Part shown: positions 28,778 to 39,265 of the stretch, piece after piece
How the letters are laid out: each line of letters opens with the position of its first letter
How positions within the stretch are numbered: position 1 is the stretch's first letter
From: an uncultured Candidatus Saccharibacteria bacterium
GTDB taxonomy: Bacteria; Patescibacteriota; Minisyncoccia; Phycocordibacterales; UBA918
DNA: 64,000 nucleotides
Direction of reading: 5' to 3'
NCBI GenBank assembly: GCA_964552045.1
Contig: CAZKFF010000003.1
Location: 11,880-75,879 of the forward strand
Position numbers and translations under genes: made by a program
Notes under the pieces: generated by a model
Databases searched by the model: none
Seen by the model: the letters and a program-made list of their open reading frames with translations, nothing else
Told to the model about the DNA's origin: nothing

Positions 28778-29699
28778 AATCCTTTAAACAAAGCGTACAA
28801 TACGCTTTGTGTTTTATATGAAGAACGGGGACAGAAATTGTTGACAGCGTATGTGTGGGGTGTATATTCAGGGAATGGTAGATATGAGTTTAGTTAGCTT
28901 GTTTGCGTTCACCGCAGCATACCTTCTATGGAATCTAAAGGATGTCATCATCCCCGCGTTCTGTACGGTTGGCGTGCGCAAGTAAGTTTGTGAAAAATAA
29001 AACGCCGGCCTTACAGGCCGGCGTTTTATTTTTCACTTTCATTGTTCGAAGTGCCAGTTTGTTCGTGCAACATGGCGGTACTCCGAACCGTGAACCCGGT
29101 CGGTGTCGTACCTCACAAGGAGGACGGATGCGGCAAATGCAGTACACAAAGGGGAATACTATGTCTAAGGATACTCCAGGCGGGGACATACCCTCATCGG
29201 AGGGCAGCGTCTCGTTCGATCACCTGCTGACAGCGGGAGGCCTGTGCAGCGACGGGGAAGACTTCCCGCGGGGATACCCTCCTCTTTCGGGGGTATATCG
29301 GGAATCACGCGGCCGATGCTGGGATTTCGACAGCGTAGGGCGAGCGCTGACCATTGCAGGCGGGCGGAAGTGAGTTTGGGGGACGCATACGTGCGTCCCC
29401 GCTTTTGTGTCTGTCTTCATTTGACTCTTCAGCTCGGGGAAGATACAGTAGACACATGCATACCGCATACACAGCATCATATTACTTCTTTTGGTTTAGA
29501 AGCGGGGAGACCCGTGGTGCGTTTGTGAGTGCGTAAGTACAAAATCAGAAAACCGCCGCGCGTTTCCCTGAGAGGAACGCGCGGCGTTTCTTGTTTGTGT
29601 TCCGAGCAAAGCACGCACCATTTGTTTTGCTCGGTACGCAAGTATCGAAAAACCGCCGCGCTTTGCGTGGAAGGGTATGTACATCAATGGAGAACAGCT

Positions 29700-29984
29700 A
29701 TGGCCTATGCATGTGCGCTCAACGGCAATGCGCCGCTTGACCCGCCCCAAACGGATGCGGTTCAGGAGGAGTGTACACTCGAATGGTTCAAACAGCGGCT
29801 TATCGAGGCCGGTGTGAGTGGCCTCCACATCACGTGGGGCAACTACAGGGAGGAATTCCCCGAGGTTCCGAAGCACCTCATGCATGCGTATCTGCATCAT
29901 CGCAGACGTCTCCTGCACAGGCAGGCGCTTGCACTCGCAAAGGAAGGATATGCTGCGCTCGAAGAGCATCCTTTTGCTCTGTGA
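29700..29984 (+). CDS. Hypothetical small protein (94 aa from MAYACALNG; RBS ggaga 6 nt upstream)
   Basis: In-frame internal start of track ORF 29529-29984. Preceded by two GC-rich hairpins and followed by a perfect hairpin at about 29993-30015. Confidence 0.35.
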   Translation: MAYACALNGNAPLDPPQTDAVQEECTLEWFKQRLIEAGVSGLHITWGNYREEFPEVPKHLMHAYLHHRRRLLHRQALALAKEGYAALEEHPFAL

Positions 29985-30208
29985 ACGCACCAAGGCGCGC
30001 ACTCTGCGCGCCTTTATCTGTGGCTTTTGAAGCTGTACATACCAAAAAATGCGCTCACAGAAGAGACGCATTTTCGGTCCGGTTCCGTACCCCTACGGCA
30101 CCGTAGAAAAGAACAGATTTTGTCGACAAACGTGCCCCTTCGATCGGAGCACGAAGTGATATCTTAACTAATGATGAGTTCAGTGGCAAAAAATGCCTGT
30201 GCATAGCG

Positions 30209-31267
30209 CTACAGTTGCTGCTGGAGCACAAGCTGCAGGAATGGTACGAGCGTATCTTTGAACACCTGCGCACGGTAGGGGAGATCACCGCTTATGTTCT
30301 GCAACAGTGAGAATCCGGTCTCTTCCTTGATGGTGCGGTCAATATACGACAGTGAAAGCGCGCGCAGGCTTCCTTCGCCGAACTCCGCATCATCACCCTT
30401 GGTACTGATGATGCCGATGGCGTTGCCGTGCGCATCGACCACCGGGCCGCCGGAGGAGCCGTGTTCGCCGATCTGCGAGCCGCGAATGGTGAATATATCG
30501 ACGTAGTTGGATGCAAAGGTCATGAGATCACCGATGGTCGTGGTTGCCTGCTTGGGGACAAGCGGGGCAGTGATGTCATGCACAAGCGCCTGTGCAGGGT
30601 AGCCGGTGGCAAAGACCTCGGTATCGACGATATTGAGCTTGAGAAGGTCAGTGTCGAACGGAAGGGCGGCGAATTTGCCGGGCATGGGTTTGTTGTTGAG
30701 TGCAGCGGTCACATACAGAAGCGCGTAGTCGCGTTCGCCGGTACCCTTCGGAGCAGCGTCGTTTATGAGCTGTGCATGGTCACGTATCCATGCCGGTGAG
30801 ATGTACAGAAGCTCCGCCTCGTACTGCGGTGTCGCTGGATTGCCGGTACGGATGACGCACTGCGCCTGTCCCATAACGCCCTCAAGGAGCAAAAACTGGG
30901 CAACATGGGCATTGGTGAGGATGACGCCGTCAGTATCAATGAAGAATCCTGTGCCGGTGGTCGTTTTGGTATAGGTGTCGGTGCTGAATGAGCAGTAGAT
31001 ATTGACCAAGGCCTCAAGCGCTGTTGCGGGAGCGGTCTCTGGGTCGATACTTCCTACGATCGAAGCCTTCTGATACGCCGCATTCTTGATGAGTATATCG
31101 GGGATGCCTTGGAGCCTGGATTCAACCTGTGCCAGACGCTGCGTGGTCTGCGCTGTGTGCGTCTGTGGTGCTCCGGGCACGAGTGCCTGCAGCTGCGCTG
31201 CTGCGCTTCCTGACAGGGCCAGATAGCCACTGAGTATCGCCACGGCAAGATCGAGCAGGAATTGCAT
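30209..31267 (-). CDS. Secreted trypsin-like (S1/DegP-like) serine protease
   Basis: Signal peptide; catalytic His (VILTNAHV), Asp, Ser (GSSGGPVVDAHGNAIGI). Confidence 0.8.
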   Translation of the reverse strand: MQFLLDLAVAILSGYLALSGSAAAQLQALVPGAPQTHTAQTTQRLAQVESRLQGIPDILIKNAAYQKASIVGSIDPETAPATALEALVNIYCSFSTDTYTKTTTGTGFFIDTDGVILTNAHVAQFLLLEGVMGQAQCVIRTGNPATPQYEAELLYISPAWIRDHAQLINDAAPKGTGERDYALLYVTAALNNKPMPGKFAALPFDTDLLKLNIVDTEVFATGYPAQALVHDITAPLVPKQATTTIGDLMTFASNYVDIFTIRGSQIGEHGSSGGPVVDAHGNAIGIISTKGDDAEFGEGSLRALSLSYIDRTIKEETGFSLLQNISGDLPYRAQVFKDTLVPFLQLVLQQQL

Positions 31268-31356
31268 GGTTACTGCAGTATAGCAAAATAGCCTAGAAAT
31301 TCAGAAGAATAAGTGCTAGAATGGCGCGCACCAATTGCTGAATTAAGCAATCAACT

Positions 31357-31427
31357 GCGGGTGTGGTTTAGTGGTAAAACGACTGCCTTCCAAGCAGTAG
31401 TCGGGGGTTCGATTCCTCTCACCCGCA
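31357..31427 (+). tRNA. tRNA-Gly (anticodon TCC), no encoded CCA
   Basis: Acceptor GCGGGTG/CACCCGC, D-arm GTTT-AGTGGTA-AAAC, anticodon stem ACTGC/GCAGT with loop CTTCCAA, T-arm GGGGG-TTCGATT-CCTCT. Confidence 0.85.
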
Positions 31428-31490
31428 CACATATGTTCCAGAAAAAAGCCCGTCAAGGGCTTTTTTCTTTGGAACATAGTGTGCGGGTGA
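31419..31490. repeat. Inverted repeat of the tRNA-Gly 3' end (tcacccgcacacatatgttcca / tggaacatagtgtgcgggtga) enclosing a terminator hairpin at 31442-31468
   Basis: Read directly. 21-22-nt arms with one indel. A further 10-bp hairpin gtaacctgct-ggg-agcaggttac follows at 31492-31514. Confidence 0.6.
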
Positions 31491-31516
31491 AGTAACCTGC
31501 TGGGAGCAGGTTACGT

Positions 31517-31602
31517 GAGGAATCGAAAAGGTTGACTGCTATTTTGTGACGGAGGATACAAAATAGCGACAACCTGTACTGATCCTGTAAGGATCGATTC
31601 CT
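31517..31602 (+). ncRNA. Unclassified conserved nested stem-loop element, copy B (between tRNA-Gly(TCC) and the low-GC gene)
   Basis: Outer stem aggaatcga/tcgattcct, middle aggttg/caacct, inner gctattttg/caaaatagc. Same core as copy A (aaaggttg...gacaacctgtac) with compensatory changes in both outer and inner stems. Confidence 0.4.
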
Positions 31603-31621
31603 ATAAAATGAGTGATAAAAT

Positions 31622-32161
31622 GTGCTTATGAACACAGAGCCTAAGAAATATATATTTCATGTAGAGCCTGCAATTGCTGCCATAACACCATACGGGATGG
31701 CCACTATCTCCGAGGACTTATTCAAAATGGCTTCTTATTTTGAAAATGATAACAAAATATCACTTGCACAGTATTATATTTACTGTGCATCTATGGAAAT
31801 CGGATTAAAGGCGGCAATTCTTGCTAGAGATTGCACAAAAGAGAGCAAGGAAACGATTAAAAATTTTGGACACAACTTACATACTGTAAAAAATAAATTT
31901 GAAGATTTGTACGACCCAATTTGGGATAAAGATGATATAAAAGCTATTGAGAAAATTAATCCTTTTTTCAAAGATAAAGATTTAGAATACTTTAAGATTA
32001 ATGTAATGGGTGAAATGTTAAAAGGGTTAAAACAGTTCCCGTCTCTTGACTCGATAGAAAATGCTGCCCGGAAAGTAAATCAGTTTGTGAATCAAGAAAA
32101 ATTCTTTATTAACGCCAAAACGTCTCAAAAACCAGGTAAAGGATTTATAAATTTTGTATAA
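31622..32161 (+). CDS. Hypothetical protein encoded by a markedly low-GC (about 35%) gene; likely horizontally acquired cargo next to the tRNA
   Basis: The composition shift against the ~57% GC background is visible by eye. It lies just downstream of the tRNA and the inverted copy of its 3' end. No domain recognised. Confidence 0.55.
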   Translation: MLMNTEPKKYIFHVEPAIAAITPYGMATISEDLFKMASYFENDNKISLAQYYIYCASMEIGLKAAILARDCTKESKETIKNFGHNLHTVKNKFEDLYDPIWDKDDIKAIEKINPFFKDKDLEYFKINVMGEMLKGLKQFPSLDSIENAARKVNQFVNQEKFFINAKTSQKPGKGFINFV

Positions 32162-32164
32162 AAC

Positions 32165-32557
32165 ATGACCCCTCACATCTCCCTCATCACCCTCGGCGTT
32201 TCCGACCTTCCAAAATCAACCGCCTTCTACAAAGCACTCGGTTTTCCTGCTGAGGGCGACGGGGAAGGGGTGACCTTCTTCAAGCTCCAGGGCACCTGGC
32301 TCTCGCTCTTCCCAAAAGAGGAACTCTCCAAAGACGCACAGACACCAATGGGTACAATTGCGCCCACATTTTCACTTGCACATAATGTCGCAAGCAAAGA
32401 AGCGGTACACGAAGTCATTGAGCTTGCTCGGAGTATCGGAGCTGTAATCATAAAGGAACCGCAGGATACCTTCTGGGGAGGATACGCCGGGTATTTCAAA
32501 GATCCCGACGGGTATCTGTGGGAAGTTGCCTGGAATCCGTTTATGGATCTCACCTAA
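32165..32557 (+). CDS. VOC/glyoxalase-bleomycin-resistance-family protein
   Basis: Two beta-alpha-beta-beta-beta modules (ISLITLGVSDLPKSTAFYKALGF ... FKDPDGYLWEVAWNP). A terminator follows at about 32560-32590. Confidence 0.75.
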   Translation: MTPHISLITLGVSDLPKSTAFYKALGFPAEGDGEGVTFFKLQGTWLSLFPKEELSKDAQTPMGTIAPTFSLAHNVASKEAVHEVIELARSIGAVIIKEPQDTFWGGYAGYFKDPDGYLWEVAWNPFMDLT

Positions 32558-32586
32558 CATAAACCCCCGGACAAGCCGGGGGTTTT

Positions 32587-32946
32587 TCACTTGCGAAAGA
32601 TAGTTTCGCCGATCCTGACCGCATTTACGACATGCTCCGTACCGTATCGCATTAATGCGAAGGCGATGCCGATATAGCGGATGGGTCGTGACTTGAATCT
32701 GCTGTGGAGTGTGATCAGGAAGTGGAGGGCTTCCAGCTCGATCGTCCATTGGCGCAGGGTTTCCCGCACAAGTTCCGCGTCATAGATCCTCATCAGCTCA
32801 ATGAGCTGATGTATGGCCATTTCTTCGACATAGGCGAGCTTAGCTTCGTCTGAGGCACCTTCGTATTTCTCCTTCAGTTCGACGGCGGTCTTCGCTATCA
32901 TTCGTGAAAGGATGTGTTTGATAAGACCCTTGCGTGACTGGTTCAC
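32587..32946 (-). CDS. Hypothetical protein (119 aa)
   Basis: ORF only. No motif. Confidence 0.4.
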   Translation of the reverse strand: MNQSRKGLIKHILSRMIAKTAVELKEKYEGASDEAKLAYVEEMAIHQLIELMRIYDAELVRETLRQWTIELEALHFLITLHSRFKSRPIRYIGIAFALMRYGTEHVVNAVRIGETIFRK

Positions 32947-33201
32947 TTTCGTAGCTCCAAGAACGGTTTACCGTACTCAATCATAGTCCCGTCATAAAAG
33001 CAAAAAGCCCCGGCTAAGGGCTTTCTGCTTTGTGATGGGAAATAGCGGGAATTACTCCTTGTATTTCCACATAGCGTAATACCTCCGCTACGTGTGTCAG
33101 TATAGCAGATTTCAAAACGGAATGGGAAGAGTGCACATCCTGTTCATAACTCGGACACAAAAAAGCTGCGGTGTACCGCAGCTTTTTTGTGTGGGGAGTG
33201 A

Positions 33202-33474
33202 TTATTTCACCGCATCCTTCAGTGCTTTCGCAGCACGGAACTTTGGAACGCGCATTGCTGGAACTTCGATGGTTTCACCAGTGCGGGGATTTCGTGCAGT
33301 TCTCTTGTTGCGCATCTTTGCTGAGAAGATACCCAAGCCCGCGATCGATACTTCCTGTCCTGCAACAAGCGTATCAACAATGGATGAGAGTACTGTCTCT
33401 ACAGCCTTTTCAGCATCAGCTTTTGTGACGCCCAGCTCTTCATGCACTTTGTTAATGATGTCTGCCTTATTCAT
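33202..33474 (-). CDS. hup: HU-family nucleoid-associated DNA-binding protein
   Basis: MNKADIINKVHEELGVTKADAEKAV...GLGIFSAKMRNKRTARNPRTGETIEVPAMRVPKFRAAKALKDAV. A terminator follows at about 33156-33190. Confidence 0.9.
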   Translation of the reverse strand: MNKADIINKVHEELGVTKADAEKAVETVLSSIVDTLVAGQEVSIAGLGIFSAKMRNKRTARNPRTGETIEVPAMRVPKFRAAKALKDAVK

Positions 33475-33711
33475 AATTCCATTATTATTCTAAATGGCGA
33501 GTAAAGTGTGCTTTGGCTCCGGGTGATGCAGAGATGAGACTGTTCTCATTCCGTTGTTCGCCGCAGAGTACGTTTTTGCATCAGCTTGAATTCTGATACG
33601 GTGCCTTATTAAATGGCTTCAAATAATTATATAGCAAGGTTTTTTACCTGCAATGACTTGTAAACTGAACAATATGTGTTGTAGTGAACAGTTCAAAAGA
33701 CGCTGCACCGG

Positions 33712-34293
33712 TTGTGGTATGATGGCGGACATATGAAGATTGGCGTCATGGGGGCACAGGGCAGCTTTTCAGAGAAAGCAGGCGAGCAGTATATCGCACA
33801 GCAGGCGCTTAAAGACGGAGAAATCATCCCGCTTATCAGCGCCGAAGCGGTGCTCGATGCGGTTGAAAATGGGGCTTGCGATAAGGGTATTTTCCCGATT
33901 GAGAACTCAAATGGAGGTATTGTCATAGAGGCGGTCCATGCTATGGCCAGGCACAAGTTCGCCATTGAGCGCATGTTCGAGCTCGATGTCCATCATATGC
34001 TTCTGGTAAAGCCCGGTATAACCGCTGCACATATAGCAACGATCGCATCACATGATCAGGCGCTGAAGCAGTGTCGTATGTACCTTAAGCGTGTACATCC
34101 TGATGCAGAGATCGTGCCGTACGCGGATACCGCCAAAGCAGCCGCAGATCTGGCAGAGGGGGTATTGCCGGACACGACTGCGGTCATTGCCCCGCGCGGA
34201 TGCGCTTCCCTCTACGGTCTTGATATTCTCGAGGAATCAATACAGGATCTGAAGTTCAACTACACAACGTTCGTGGTTGCAGTGAAGCTATAG
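33712..34293 (+). CDS. pheA: Prephenate dehydratase (PDT domain only; probable start MKIGVMG near 33733)
   Basis: GAQGSFSE...PIENSNGGIV...TRF-like core and ASLYGL typical of PDT. No ACT domain. Confidence 0.8.
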   Translation: MWYDGGHMKIGVMGAQGSFSEKAGEQYIAQQALKDGEIIPLISAEAVLDAVENGACDKGIFPIENSNGGIVIEAVHAMARHKFAIERMFELDVHHMLLVKPGITAAHIATIASHDQALKQCRMYLKRVHPDAEIVPYADTAKAAADLAEGVLPDTTAVIAPRGCASLYGLDILEESIQDLKFNYTTFVVAVKL

Positions 34294-34355
34294 AAGGCAG
34301 GAACTGTGCAAAAAGCGGCGGAGGCTTCGCCTCCGCCGCTTTTTGTGGTGTATTT

Positions 34356-35885
34356 TTAACGTGCGTAACTGATGACGCGGGTCTCCCGTATGACGTGCAC
34401 TTTTATCTCTCCCGGATAGCGGAGCTGCGCTTCGATATTGAGCGCGATCGTGCGCGCTAGTTCGTTGCTTTCAAAGTCAGACAGCAGAGCCGGATTGACC
34501 AGGACGCGTATCTCACGCCCGGCTGCGATCGCAAATGCCTTTTCAACGCCCGCAAGACTTGTAGCGATTGATTCAAGCTCAGTAAGGCGCTTGATGTAGT
34601 TCTCAATGGAATCGCGCCGTGCGCCGGGACGTCCTCCTGAAAGCGCGTCGGCGACCTGGACGATGATTGCCTCCGGCGTCTCATATGGATACTCTTCGTG
34701 ATGCGCGCGCATAGCCAGGATGACTTTCTCATCAACGTTGTATTTCTGGAGGATGCGAATGCCGATCTCAACGTGCGTGCCTTGCACTTCGTGGCTCACA
34801 GTCTTGCCGATGTCATGCAAGAGCGCTCCGGCGCGTGCAACCGCCACATCAGCGCCGACCTCTTCGGCGATCATTGCCGCGATGTGCGACATCTCAACAG
34901 AATGAGCGAGCACGTTTTGTCCATAGCTCGTTCGGAAATGGAGACGGCCGAGAATGGTGACCAGGTCGGGGTGCAGATTCGGTACATTGGCCTCGTACGC
35001 TGCCTTCTCCCCCATTTTGCGGATGGTGGCACCCACTTCTTTGCGCGCGAGTTCGACCGTTTCCTCGATCTTCGCCGGCTGGATGCGCCCGTCTTTAAGC
35101 AGCATTTCAAGCGCCGTGCGCGCGATCTCGCGGCGGATCGGATCGAATGATGAGAGGGTGATGTAGCCGGGGGTTTCATCAATGAGCACATCAACGCCCG
35201 TAGCGCGCTCGAACGCGCGCACGTTGCGCCCCTCCTTGCCGATGACCTTTCCTTTGAGGTCGTCGCTTGGGAGTTCGACGTTCGCCGTCATGATGTTGGT
35301 CGGCATGTTGTTGCCAACCCGGTGAATGGCCGCAAGGAGGATGTTCTGCGCTTTCTGTTCGTATGCTTCGTCATTCTGCAGCGCGAGCTTCTGTATGCGC
35401 GCAGCAAGATCCTCGGAACGCTCCTCCTCCATCTTATGGACGACCAGTGCATACGCCTCATCCCGGGAAAGGCTGGCCATCTCTTCAAGCTTCGCGTCGA
35501 TCTCGTTGCGGCGTTCGTCGAGTCTTCCTTTGATCTCCTTGACCTCGTCGATCTTCGCACGGACCGCTTCCTTTTCCGAGTCGAGGGTGATCTGGCGCTC
35601 ATCAAGAAGCTCCTCTTTCTTTTCAAGGCGCTCTTCCTTCCGCTTGATGGTATCCTCCGACTCTTTGAGGATCTTTTTTGCTTCTTCCTCGATCTTCTCA
35701 GCTTTCGCTTCAGCCTTTTCGACGATCTTCAACGCTTTTTCCTCCGCCTCGAGCTCACGTTGCTTCAGCTCAAGCTCTACCGATGATTTTTTTGAAAGCG
35801 CATGCAGGTAACGCAGATAGTATCCAGAAGCTATGCCGATAAGTAGTGCTGCAGCGAGTGCTGACAGTAGTATCAAGAGTGGCAT
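34356..35885 (-). CDS. rny: Ribonuclease Y
   Basis: N-terminal TM, coiled coil, KH domain (VIGKEGRNVRAFE), HD domain (LLHDIGK...HH). Confidence 0.9.
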   Translation of the reverse strand: MPLLILLSALAAALLIGIASGYYLRYLHALSKKSSVELELKQRELEAEEKALKIVEKAEAKAEKIEEEAKKILKESEDTIKRKEERLEKKEELLDERQITLDSEKEAVRAKIDEVKEIKGRLDERRNEIDAKLEEMASLSRDEAYALVVHKMEEERSEDLAARIQKLALQNDEAYEQKAQNILLAAIHRVGNNMPTNIMTANVELPSDDLKGKVIGKEGRNVRAFERATGVDVLIDETPGYITLSSFDPIRREIARTALEMLLKDGRIQPAKIEETVELARKEVGATIRKMGEKAAYEANVPNLHPDLVTILGRLHFRTSYGQNVLAHSVEMSHIAAMIAEEVGADVAVARAGALLHDIGKTVSHEVQGTHVEIGIRILQKYNVDEKVILAMRAHHEEYPYETPEAIIVQVADALSGGRPGARRDSIENYIKRLTELESIATSLAGVEKAFAIAAGREIRVLVNPALLSDFESNELARTIALNIEAQLRYPGEIKVHVIRETRVISYAR

Positions 35886-35978
35886 ATGGTGTATCTATGG
35901 TAATAATGACAGTGGAAACCGTGACCGAAATACTGTTATGAAGAACAGTATCAGAAGAGCTCTCTTTAGGGAAGACCT

Positions 35979-36016
35979 AAAAAAGCGCGGAAGGCTGTGC
36001 CTTCCGCGCTTTTTTA
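35979..36016. terminator. Bidirectional terminator between clpP and rny
   Basis: aaaaaagcgcggaaggc-tgt-gccttccgcgctttttt. Confidence 0.8.
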
Positions 36017-36197
36017 AACCGATTTTTACGCATCCACCTCATCAACGAGGGTCTATTTGTGTACTTCGTCGATCAGCGCAGATTACTACGCTTGCTTTAC
36101 TCGCTAAGTACCTGCTGCCCTGCCTCGCGGTTCGTCGCATGGGAAGGGCTCCCCACAGCGCTCCGGACCCTCATTGATGAGGAGAATAGAAAATAAA

Positions 36198-36797
36198 TTA
36201 TTTATGTACCTCATCAATGAGGCCATATTTCTTGGCTTCCTGCGCATCCATGAAGAAGTCCCGGTCTGTATCCTTCTCGATCTGCGCAAGCGGCTTTCCT
36301 GATGCTTTTGCAAGCATTCGGTTCAGACGTTCACGTGTCTTGAGGATATGCCGTGCGGTTATTTCAATATCGCTTGCCTGTCCCTGTGCGCCACCCCACG
36401 GCTGATGGATCATGATCTCGGCGTTCTGCAGAGCAAACCGCTTGCCTGGCGCTCCCTGCGAAAGGATGATCGAGCCCATTGACGCTGCCATACCCACGCA
36501 GACCGTCGCAACATCGGGCTTGATATGGTTCATGGTGTCCACGATGCCCAAGCCCGCTGAGACGCTGCCGCCGGGCGAGTTCACGTAGAGCGAAATATCC
36601 TTCTTAGGATCCTCAGCTTCAAGGAACAAAAGCTGGGCGATGACCAGATTTGCCATATGATCGTCGATCGGTCCGGTTACAAAGATGATGCGCTCTTTCA
36701 GCAACCGTGAAAAAATGTCGAACGCGCGTTCCCCCTGCTGTGTTTTCTCGACCACCATAGGGACGAGAAAATCGTTTATGTGTGATTGTTTTTCCAT
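36198..36797 (-). CDS. clpP: ATP-dependent Clp protease proteolytic subunit
   Basis: [10 protein letters not shown]...GMAASMGS (Ser)...IMIHQP (His)...[19 protein letters not shown]. Confidence 0.9.
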   Translation of the reverse strand: MEKQSHINDFLVPMVVEKTQQGERAFDIFSRLLKERIIFVTGPIDDHMANLVIAQLLFLEAEDPKKDISLYVNSPGGSVSAGLGIVDTMNHIKPDVATVCVGMAASMGSIILSQGAPGKRFALQNAEIMIHQPWGGAQGQASDIEITARHILKTRERLNRMLAKASGKPLAQIEKDTDRDFFMDAQEAKKYGLIDEVHK

Positions 36798-36945
36798 AAT
36801 GCTTAATTAATTCTATCGTGACTGCACAGTGTGTAATGTAACAGATAGCATGGGCAAAAGGAAGACGAGCCTTCGCAACGGCTGTGTTTGTCATTTTGGA
36901 CAACTCGACTATAGTAGGAGGAGAAACGTTCCATGGGAGGTTTGT

Positions 36946-37272
36946 ATGGGAACAATGATCATTTCCGTGGTATTCATGCTTGTGTTCTGGGGAGGCCTCG
37001 TCTTTTTCCTGGGAGAGGCGATCATTCTCTCCTTCGTGAAGGGGCAGGAGCTCCTCCTCCGGCGTATGAGCGTCTTCGATCACCACGAATACTACAGGCG
37101 GAGCTTTTTCGAGAAGATCGGGTCGATCTTCATCTACAGCAATCTGCGGATGAAGATCATTCTGTGCGCGCTTGTGTGCGTGTACATTGTGCTCTCGGCG
37201 CTGGTGAGTGTCACCGACAGCGCGGTCTCGATCCTCGAGCAGCTGCAGGCATTCTCCGTCCCATATACTTAA
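36946..37272 (+). CDS. Hypothetical small membrane protein (about 108 aa, 2-3 TM)
   Basis: RBS ggagg upstream of the ATG. Hydrophobic helices. A terminator follows at about 37275-37305. Confidence 0.5.
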   Translation: MGTMIISVVFMLVFWGGLVFFLGEAIILSFVKGQELLLRRMSVFDHHEYYRRSFFEKIGSIFIYSNLRMKIILCALVCVYIVLSALVSVTDSAVSILEQLQAFSVPYT

Positions 37273-37300
37273 GAAAAACGGCGCCGCTGGCGCCGTTATC

Positions 37301-37531
37301 TTATAATTTTTCAATTTCCTTGAGGTCTTTGTCGGGAATGTAGAGGATCGCCAGGCCGATGACGACCCCCGCTGCTGCGGTGATGAGGTGTTCACCCTCA
37401 AAAAAGACGAGGTCAACTTCGTCGAGCAGATGCCAGATGCCGCGCCAGATCAATACGAGCCCGAGTACGACCGTTAGATTCTTTGTAAAATACCGCACGG
37501 TTGCCATGCGTGTCCGTTGTGATTTTCTCAT
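37301..37531 (-). CDS. Hypothetical small membrane protein
   Basis: Two predicted TM helices. No motif. Confidence 0.4.
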   Translation of the reverse strand: MRKSQRTRMATVRYFTKNLTVVLGLVLIWRGIWHLLDEVDLVFFEGEHLITAAAGVVIGLAILYIPDKDLKEIEKL

Positions 37532-37593
37532 GCATACATGATACTACAGGTGCGTTTGCGCAATAGAAAAGACCCGCACTGCGGGTCAGTTTC

Positions 37594-38775
<1,182 letters not shown>

Positions 38776-38863
38776 GTGTGGTTGATGAAATAGTACAGGG
38801 GGTAGTGTACCTATATACGAAGAAAAAGCAATAAAAAAAGCCGGGGTACATCCCCGGCTTTTT

Positions 38864-39244
38864 TTATTGCAGTATTTCAGCTTCAATGGCCGGTATCTCC
38901 TGGTTGAGGGTATCGAGCCGTGTGGCGTCGATATCTGCCTGTATCGCTTCCAATTCGTCCGATGGACTCAATGCTGCCGCTGTTTCCACATCACTCTCAG
39001 CATTGGTGCTTTCTGGTTCATTGTTCTCCTCTGCTGTCGGACGTTCAGTATCCTGCGTCGGCACGGGAGACATCTCAGTTTGCATTGATCGGCCCCAGAG
39101 GTACAGTCCGCCGAGTATAAGCATGAGTACCAATACGAGAACGCCCAGTATGACGCCTAAGTGTGACGGCTGCTCGGTCTGTGCATTCTCTCCAAACTGT
39201 TCCTCCGGCATTTTGAACCCATTTTTTGAAATTTTGTCGTTCAT
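38864..39244 (-). CDS. Hypothetical single-TM protein with an acidic C-terminal tail
   Basis: TM LGVILGVLVLVLMLILGGLYLW. A terminator follows at about 38828-38862. Confidence 0.45.
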   Translation of the reverse strand: MNDKISKNGFKMPEEQFGENAQTEQPSHLGVILGVLVLVLMLILGGLYLWGRSMQTEMSPVPTQDTERPTAEENNEPESTNAESDVETAAALSPSDELEAIQADIDATRLDTLNQEIPAIEAEILQ

Positions 39245-39265
39245 AGATAGTGTGTAGTTTAGGGA

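Noticed and set aside
29290-29410. Possible tmRNA (ssrA) start (ggccgatgctgggatttcgacagcg resembles the tmRNA 5' end GGGG...GGAUUCGACGGG)
   Set aside because: No complementary 3' acceptor strand and no T-arm (GGTTCGA..TCC) plus CCA within the expected 300-400 nt. A hairpin plus T-run lies only about 90 nt downstream. It is kept only as a low-confidence note inside the ORF-poor region finding.
36619-37416. 265-aa minus-strand ORF overlapping clpP and the 36946-37272 membrane protein gene
   Set aside because: Out of frame with clpP, whose catalytic motifs are intact, and no domain is recognisable. Taken as spurious.
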